DNA of 64,000 nucleotides from Chrysomallon squamiferum (taxonomy: Eukaryota; Animalia; Mollusca), in NCBI GenBank assembly GCA_012295275.1, contig CM022679.1, forward strand, positions 23,436,001 through 23,500,000, in the 5' to 3' direction. The notes under the pieces are model-generated. The model saw only the letters and a program-made list of their open reading frames with translations. It was not told the DNA's origin and did no database searches. Both the position numbers and the translations under genes were made by a program. Of this stretch, positions 55,131 to 64,000 are shown in pieces; within the stretch, counting starts at the first letter, position 1; every line of letters begins with the position of its first letter.

Positions 55131-56304
55131 TTGATTTTTTATAAACTTGCTGTAAGATAGCATAACGGATGTGATTGTAAGTTAATTATTCAAGAGTTTC
55201 ATTTGAACTAAAACAACAACAAAAACAAAAACGTCAAGAACAACAACAACAATAATAATAATAATAATAATATGACTGATCGTTGTATGAAAAACCGTGG
55301 TATTTGTCTTCCTGTACACGGGAAGGCGCCTGTGATAGATTCCATTGGCAATATTCGCGTAAGAGTAACCCAGTATATGTCGTTAGCGATTATCATAGCG
55401 TTTAGTGTTAATTAGGTAAATATTCGTTCATATCCATAGCTGCTGGGATATTATAAAAGTATTATTTTATTTTACTGATTTACTGATAAAAGTTCTATTA
55501 TAGTTGTGTGGTGTGTTTTTTTTTTTTTTTTTTTTTTTTTTTCTTTAATCCATGAACACTTATATATGAAATCATGTAAGTATGTGTAGCAATGTGTGTC
55601 TGTGTGTGTGTGTGTAAGTACATATAAACACAATATCATTATGGCTGCTCCTAAGAACAATCAAAAATTACTTTTAATTTTCTAATAATAATTGACTGGG
55701 TTTTTTTTTTCTTTTTGCGCCTAAAGCAACAAATAAGACGACTGTCGATGTTTCGCAACTTTTTTTTTCTTCTTCTTCTTTTTTTTTTTTAATAAGACGT
55801 AGATGTTTTCTGTTGTGATGTAATGAAAGACGATTATAGAAATTAAGCGCACCATCGTGTCGCCACTACTAGACACTCTGGATTGGATTAATTAACTTTT
55901 GACAGACAGGCTTTTCAACGTCGTAATTTTCCTAGTATAACAACAGGTACAGTGCACCCAGGAAATAACGGACGTTCGTTTTAATGAACGCCTGAAGCAA
56001 TGAAGCAATTTGTTCGAAGGTAAACAGAACGTGGGGGAATGTGCGTGCAACCGTGTGTGTGTGTGCGCGCATGAGAATGTTGGGTTTTTGTATGTGTTGT
56101 GTGTGTACGTAAAGGGATAGGTAGATTGACACACATATGTACATTGATAGACGTACAAAAGGTCGGACAGGCAGATAGCCAGACAGATAAGGGGAGGCAG
56201 GGAGACAGAGAGAAGACGGTGGTGATGTTGATAACGACGACGACGATGACGATGATGATAATAATAACTGACTTACTACAATACAATAAATAATTAGATA
56301 TTAT

Positions 56305-56421
56305 ATATACATACATACATACATACATACATACATACATACATACACACACATACACACACACACACATACATACATACATACATACATACATACATAC
56401 ATACATACATACATACATACA

Positions 56422-56450
<29 letters not shown>
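56305..56450. repeat. (CATA)n/(CA)n microsatellite
   Basis: Visible tandem repeat. Confidence 0.95.
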
Positions 56451-56455
<5 letters not shown>

Positions 56456-57182
56456 AAGACAAATATATATTCAGACAGAAATAAGTACATATTAACACAA
56501 ATATTAATGAAATCGCTGAAAGAATTTCTGTACAGGTAATAATTTTATTTATTTTATTTTTTTATTTATTTTCAGTAGTAGGTATATTTACATAACCTCT
56601 GTAATATCCATTGAACCATTCTCTTTTAATTCATAACAGAAACCCTTTTTCTTTCCTAAATTCCCCCCAGTTTTAATTTATATTCCGCTGTAACAACAAG
56701 AAAATTTAATCAAAATCACTTCAAATTTCCTTACGCCACGATTGTTAATTTAACATTAAAACTAGAATGAAAGAAAGAAAGACAAAAAAAAAAGAAAAAA
56801 AAGAAAAAGAAATAAAAACAGTACCCTAACCTGCATGCAGACAGTCAGTAACCATTGTCTCGCCTCGAATAGACAAATAAACAACACTGGAATAAAGAGA
56901 AACAGCGAGGCGGCTACGTGAAATGTGTAGCCCATACCCCACGAGCCGAGGTGGCTAGACCTGGTTTGTTTTCCGCGTATACTAAACACCGTAATTATTA
57001 ACAATCGATCACAAAAGAGGCAGCCGAGAGACACCCATGCCACGTTCAGCTGATTGCTAAACGGGTCTCGTTTAATGAACGGTCTGCGGTTATGGCAATA
57101 ATTGTGATAATTGCGCGCGGAACATAAAAAGAAATTCGAGTCAAACCGTCTCCCTGGCGAACCACACAGCTTTCTGTACGAA

Positions 57183-57226
<44 letters not shown>

Positions 57227-57649
57227 CGGGGCGGACAAGCAGATCTGTGGTATTGGCTAAAAGTCTGGCTAACAAAATCAGTTCTGTTCTATCTACCGCA
57301 GTTCACAATTAAATGGATTAAAATTTAGAATGAAAGTTACCTTTCTAGAGCAGAGAGTTAGTAGTAAAAGAAGCCTCGTGTAGATTATTAGGGTGTGTTT
57401 TTTTTTGCAAACTATGACAACAGCAACTACTACTACTACTACCATCACAACTGTTATTGTGCTACTGCTATATGTTTGCTTTTTTTAAGCTGTTTTGTTA
57501 AGTTCTTGTACAGTGCGAATAGACTATGGTTCTGTTTTCTCAGCTTTGAGAGTTCCTGTTATCATTAAAATACTATAAAATTTAACACTATAACAACAAC
57601 AATAATAATAACAAAAAAAAATATTATTAATACTATTATTATCATCGTT

Positions 57650-57680
<31 letters not shown>

Positions 57681-57856
57681 CTATATATATATTTTTTCTA
57701 ATGTTTACCCATCTCTCTCCTCCCACTTCCACCAAAGTCAGAAGTTCAAACACTAATTCTTGCCAAATAGTTAACAAACAGTGGCTGAGTGCCAGTCAAC
57801 GAGATCAGATGAGACTACTTAGAGTGAGCACCCTTTAATTACTTAGCACTCTGTCG

Positions 57857-57870
57857 CCACCAGGCGGCAC
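57857..57870 (+). promoter_or_regulatory. CTCF-like motif
   Basis: CCACCAGGCGGCAC matches CCASYAGRKGGCRS at 13 of 14 positions. Confidence 0.5.
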
Positions 57871-58117
57871 TGCTATGAGTAATTGACTTAATCAGTAATA
57901 ATTATATCTTTCTGTCAGCTGAGAATGTGAAGGAAAATCAACAATAGAAAAAGAAAATAGTAATTATTCTTGTCTGTAGATTTGTAACGAGAAGGTAATA
58001 AATTTAGACAGAAAATACATATGTAATATCTTACATACGTACGTACGCACATACATACATACATACACATTACACATGCATACAGCTTTCTGTTTCTCTC
58101 GCTCTCTCACATATTCT

Positions 58118-58197
<80 letters not shown>

Positions 58198-58749
58198 GCA
58201 CGCAACTAGATGTGCTTACACATATTAAGAGACAAATACACAGAGAGTTATCTAAACAGATCTTATCATGCAGATCAAGCAGATCTAATCATGCCAAAAA
58301 AAACAAAAATAGACTTAAAGGTAATAACAGAATTTTATACAATCATCATTTTCCATATAAGAAATTTACAAACGATTTTAAAATTAATATCGCCATATTG
58401 AAGTTAAATGTTTCATGAACAAATTTACATTTTTAACTGTCCTGGATGAATATCTTTGAATTTAGCATATAAAATAACACACATCTAGTAATATCAAAAC
58501 TTGAGATTTTGTTTACTTTTTGGAAAAGATAAATTACAAGGCAAATAATTGCTTTTAGACTGATGTATTGGGGTGTGTCGTAAAACTTAGACGTGAGGGG
58601 GGAGGACCGATAATACCATGGACTGTTTCACAATAGCACTAAACAGCCATCTCGAAATCCGTGATTATTTAATTATATTTATTTGTTCGTGCCTATCATT
58701 TGTCAAAATATTCAGCCTATAAATCCAGATTACCTCTTGGAATATCATT

Positions 58750-58822
<73 letters not shown>

Positions 58823-59216
58823 TTATTTATTTATTTTATTTTATTTTATTTTATTTGTTAGTTTGTTTGTTTAATATTTATTTAGTTGGTAAGTTAGTTA
58901 GTTAGTGAATATAATTATAATGATTATCTTATTATATCACAGTCATTATATCAGTATCATTAAATCAATATCATTACGATTTCGTCTTCTCGTTATTATT
59001 ATCAATATAATCATTAAATGTAATCAATGTAAACATTATATGACCATTTTCTTTACAATCATATCTTATCATCATCATATTTATTATCAAGTTCAGTTAA
59101 TATCATCATCGTCATTTTTTGACAACTCTAACGATAATCACTACGATAATAATAACATCGTCGTCACCACAATCAACAACGACATCAACAATTAGCCATG
59201 ACGCTATAAGAGTTAC

Positions 59217-59325
59217 CTGTACGAGCCGAGAGATGTCTGCCTGAGTCGAGTGAAGACGAAGCAGCACTCTAGAAAAACCGCGGACACTTCAGATAATCCT
59301 CTGTGTTCTTCTCTCAGACAACTGT
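59217..59325 (-). other. Candidate distal ATG-free first exon (noggin alternative promoter or lncRNA)
   Basis: Minus strand: TATAAAAA at 59356-59349, Inr-like CACAGTT about 31 nt downstream, ~109 nt with no ATG, then donor CAG|GTAACT at 59217/59216. Confidence 0.45.
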
Positions 59326-59348
59326 GGCCTTCCATCACATTTGAAAAG

Positions 59349-59503
59349 TTTTTATAGCGAGGAAAGAAAGTTTCCTTCACACCCGACCAGTCTACATTAA
59401 TTGATAGTTCTTCCATATTCAGTGGCGCCAGTACCCACACCGACTGCACCCTCTGCCTCCGTTCAACACAATTACTTTGGAACTCTTCCCACTCCGCCAT
59501 TTT
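59349..59503 (-). promoter_or_regulatory. Putative core/proximal promoter (TATA, TGGCGCCA palindrome, YY1-like AAAATGGCGG)
   Basis: TATA 59356-59349; TGGCGCCA 59423-59430; CCGCCATTTT 59494-59503. Confidence 0.4.
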
Positions 59504-60224
59504 GGTTGGGGCTTCATCTGACCTAGTTTTTCTTGGCTTCTTATCATTAGCACCTTTTTTTTTTATTCTTGTTTTTCATTTTATTAATATTTTTTTGTTT
59601 ATGCTTTCTCTATATCTCATTCTCTCCTTTTGATAAATAATTTCTTTTCATTTGTTAGTGAAACGTGTTTGTATGACTGTATGCGAGTGTGTGCGTGTGT
59701 GTGCGTATATAACAAAGGCATCTGGGATACAAAACGGTTCTTAAGCTCTGGGAGGCGAGAAGTGAATATCAAACGCCGAGACTTCAGTTATAAGAGCACT
59801 CGAAAACGTCAGACGCAGCCGTAGCATGTCGTTGACGGCACTTCGCGGGTTTTCGCAGTACCAATTGCAGACGACATCGCCCAGGGTGCTATTTTATTCC
59901 AGAGACATTGTTTTCTCTGGTTATTTTCATTTCAGTGTGAATGTTTCGATTGCGGCTCACAAGTCCCGAGTTAAGTGTTTTTTTTCTCGCCTCGGTGATT
60001 GGAAAATTGACTCGTTAGCGAGTCTGATACAGCTAGTTAGTCTAACAGCAGCGGTTCTTGGCGGGACCTGGCGTCAGTGCACCGCCGCGAAGACATTTAG
60101 TTTGAAACTTTCTTGTACTGCTTCGCAGATTCCATCGCTTTTCCGTGTCTTCTCAACAAACATAAATATTCCAATAATTCAGAACTTTAAACAAAAAAAA
60201 AGTTAAAAAAAAAGACTTCCCCCA

Positions 60225-60478
<254 letters not shown>

Positions 60479-62087
60479 ACACAGTGGTTATTTAATCATA
60501 GATCTGTATTTGATCAAGTGTATATCTATGTACAACATATATTTACGATTACTGAATCTACTTTCGCACATTTTTGGAATTCTCAAAACTGTTGGCAAAG
60601 TGTACTTTTTTTTCTATTTTCAAACTACGAGCCAGATAAGAAGAGACTGAGACAGGTAGAAAAAAAACAACAACAACTAAATAACAAGATGTCGGAACTG
60701 ATCCCGTCTGTGGCACCTAATAGACCGCGCTGTGTTTTTTAATTAGAATATTTGTCGATATTTATTTTCAAATACGACGCTTCAGGTAGCTCTATTTGGC
60801 GCGAAGTTCTTTCCCGCGCTTCGCGCCGTCTGCTCCTAACGATCCCTATCGACTATGTTCGTTAACGTTTGTGACGCTGTGAGTGTGTTAATCGTGTTCT
60901 CGCTCGTGCTAACAGATCATAAAACAGAGGTAAAAAGTCACTTCAAAGCAGACTTAGGTGTTTAGCTAATAGTAGGCAAGAAAAGTAACGAAATGAAGAT
61001 GAAGTTGGTGAATTAGTGACGTGACAAGATCAAGTGAAATTCGACAGTGTATCCAGCCCGTTTATAATCTATAAATATCTGCCATTTGTTATTATTAGCA
61101 GCAAGATATCGTCTGAAAGTACCTTCTCAGTGAGTACTTTTGGATGGGACGATCGATATGGCCTGGTGTAAAATACGACGTCTGTGTGTCTGTCTGTCTG
61201 ATAATTTTAGTATGTTAATGAAACAAACTATTCAATTTAAAAGTAGCATAGCATTATTTTTTTCCATAATTCAGTTCCACGACTCATTTTGACCTCAAAA
61301 CATACAGTAATTACTGTATGACAATAACTGCGACTAAAACTATTTCAAGATATACTAGACATTAAATAGTCAGATTATATACACGGGAGAACAACAAAAC
61401 GCAGAATAAATAAATAAACAAATAAACAAAATATTAAAGCAATAAAGAAACAAATGATGAAACAGAAAGAAGAAAAGAAAACGAAGGTGATTTTTCAAAA
61501 AATAATATTTCCAGAGCAGTAATCCTTTAAAACAGCAGCGACCAATACGAGTAAAATAAAACAAAACTGATGAGAAAAAGAAAAAAAAAATAACAAGAAA
61601 AGAAAAGAAAACACACACACGCAAGCGCCTGCTCAACTGGTACCCCAAACATAATTTTGATAATTTCACATTTCGTTGATAAAGAAAACACAGCTCACAC
61701 TGCAATGTTAACCTTGTAAACCAATTAGTTCCTGCTACTTCCCAAGACATTGATAATTCGGCGAGCCTGTGCTACACGAAACAGGCCTGTCTACGTCACA
61801 GGCCGACACCAGGACGATATCTACCGAGTCAGTCGAGACGAACTGATCCCGTGACGAGTTACACTTCACGCATGAGCATTACAAACAAGATGCAACTTGT
61901 TATTATTCAATTAACTGTAAGAAGGACGTTAAAAATACTTTTATCTTTGTTTCCTTCGTTAATAAGACCCACATGTACTTACTTCTCGAACTATCGTATT
62001 AGTAGCTTTGAAAATGCAGTCATAAAATATTAATTTTACCTATAAGTATATTTTAACGTTTTTGCCTGTCAGTTTAAGTTATTGGCA

Positions 62088-62262
<175 letters not shown>

Positions 62263-63033
62263 GTTATAAAACTACAGAAATGAGCAGGATTTAAATTAAC
62301 AGTTATACTGAAATCCATTATTAAATTATACTTTATCGTGTACCATCATCAAACTGATTTATATTTCTTTTATTCTGTTATTAACAAAACTGCTCCGATT
62401 CTGTTTATGTACACATTCCTCGTATATTGTGTTCTCGGTGAAATAAAAGTATCTACACTCAACAGACTGTTAAACTAACTCCTATTAGTTTCGCCATGAT
62501 ACCCTTTAACAGGATTAAACTATTTTTGGTCGAGTCCTCAAGTTCTTCAAAGACTAAATTTGGTCAGTAATAATCCCTTGATACATTTTTTTCTATACTG
62601 TTGTGAAATTGTTTTCAGTAGTCACAATTTAATTGCAAACATGATCCGCCTTTTCAGGGGGCCTCATTAATCGGATTAGTTGTGTGTGTGTGTGTTTGTT
62701 TAAATATATATATTTACATGCACATAATAATATATACATATCTTTTTTTGTTGTTGTTCGGATATATTTTTTCAAATATTTCTGAGATTTTTATAATCCC
62801 TTGTTCTTCATGATAAGTAATAATTCATAGTGTAATTTAGAAAAATCATGTTTTTTTAGGGGTTTTTTTAATTTCATATTCATAGGACTAGACAATTTTT
62901 TTTTTTTTTGTTACAGTAATCATATTTGCACAAGCATTATTTGATTTGATATTCTCCATACATCCTCATTGCTCAAATATTTCAAAATTAATGATATGAT
63001 TTCATAACACAGTGTGTGTGTGTTGTGTTTTTG

Positions 63034-63081
<48 letters not shown>

Positions 63082-63381
63082 TAGAGAATATTGATCTCCA
63101 TTAGTAGATACTGTTTTCCAAATAATAGGATTAAATCCATATTGTATGGTTAATCAGGTTTTCACAGATATTTCAGTTCTGTAATAACCCCCAGTTTACA
63201 TTGCATTCTCAGCATACTTCAAAGATTAAATAAAATCTGATTTGATTTCACAGTAATCCTTTGTTTATATAGTGTATTGTAGTATACTTGGGGGATTCTT
63301 TTTGTGTGGCTTTTCTTTTTGAGTTGTTGTGTTTGTTTTGTTTTGTTTTTTGGGAGGTTTTTTATTTTTTGTGTGTGTGTG

Positions 63382-63427
<46 letters not shown>

Positions 63428-64000
63428 TGTTTGCGTGTGTGTGTGTGTTTGTTGTTTTTTTTTAGTTAATATTATTTTGAAAAGAAAAATAACTGGATCT
63501 TTTCCTGAATAATTTGTATTCCAACAAGTTTTTAACTTAATGTTCGAGAATATTTATTTCAGCTTAATATTTGTTTATAACAAATTTTTAATTCTCACTA
63601 ATTGAAATTTACTTTTATTATCGAATATTTTTATATATATATATTATGTATATATATATTTTTGAATAGATTTCTAACATCAGACGCAGCTTCTGAACTT
63701 ATAGATGAAAACTTCAATTATAATGAAATTAACATCCTCATTATAACTCATTGTTACAATAATATTCTTTCCTCACTGCTCTACCCTTCTCCCATCCGCA
63801 TCAGTAAAAAAATTAAATTAATAATAATAATAATATAGACCTAAATGGTCTATTTCTTTTTTTGATCACAATACAAATCTGGTAGTTTGCGAATGCAGAG
63901 AAAGTATGATTTATGTATGTAAGTAAATGAAATAAATAAAATGTTTATTTAACAAAAATTAAATCTTTATACATTTTGTTCATTGTTTTATGATGAATAT

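Noticed and set aside
56762-57238. 158-aa minus-strand ORF
   Set aside because: It begins in poly-A-derived poly-K and ends in a T-rich low-complexity tract. The middle has no recognisable domain and is more likely a non-coding island.

Overview
Eukaryotic, AT-rich and extremely microsatellite-dense animal genomic DNA, most likely an invertebrate bilaterian (lophotrochozoan/mollusc-like; this is inference). Two convergent protein-coding genes are supported. One is a 3-exon claudin/PMP22-EMP family tetraspan gene on + (32909-33143, 35554-35706, 36912-37225; 233 aa). The other is a canonical noggin on - (single coding exon 43168-43890), preceded by a 5'-UTR intron. The rest is non-coding: simple repeats, several MITE-like elements, two minisatellites and many motif-rich unique-sequence islands resembling a developmental regulatory landscape. 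The most interesting signals concern noggin: two candidate non-coding first exons (proximal ~46.2-46.5 kb with a Smad palindrome; distal ~59.2-59.3 kb with TATA/Inr), overlapping miR-8/200 and miR-92 seed sites in the 3'UTR, and CTCF-like motifs upstream. Nearly all other ORFs in the track are microsatellite artefacts. I see no CRISPR, rRNA or intact tRNA genes and no clearly novel multi-gene system.
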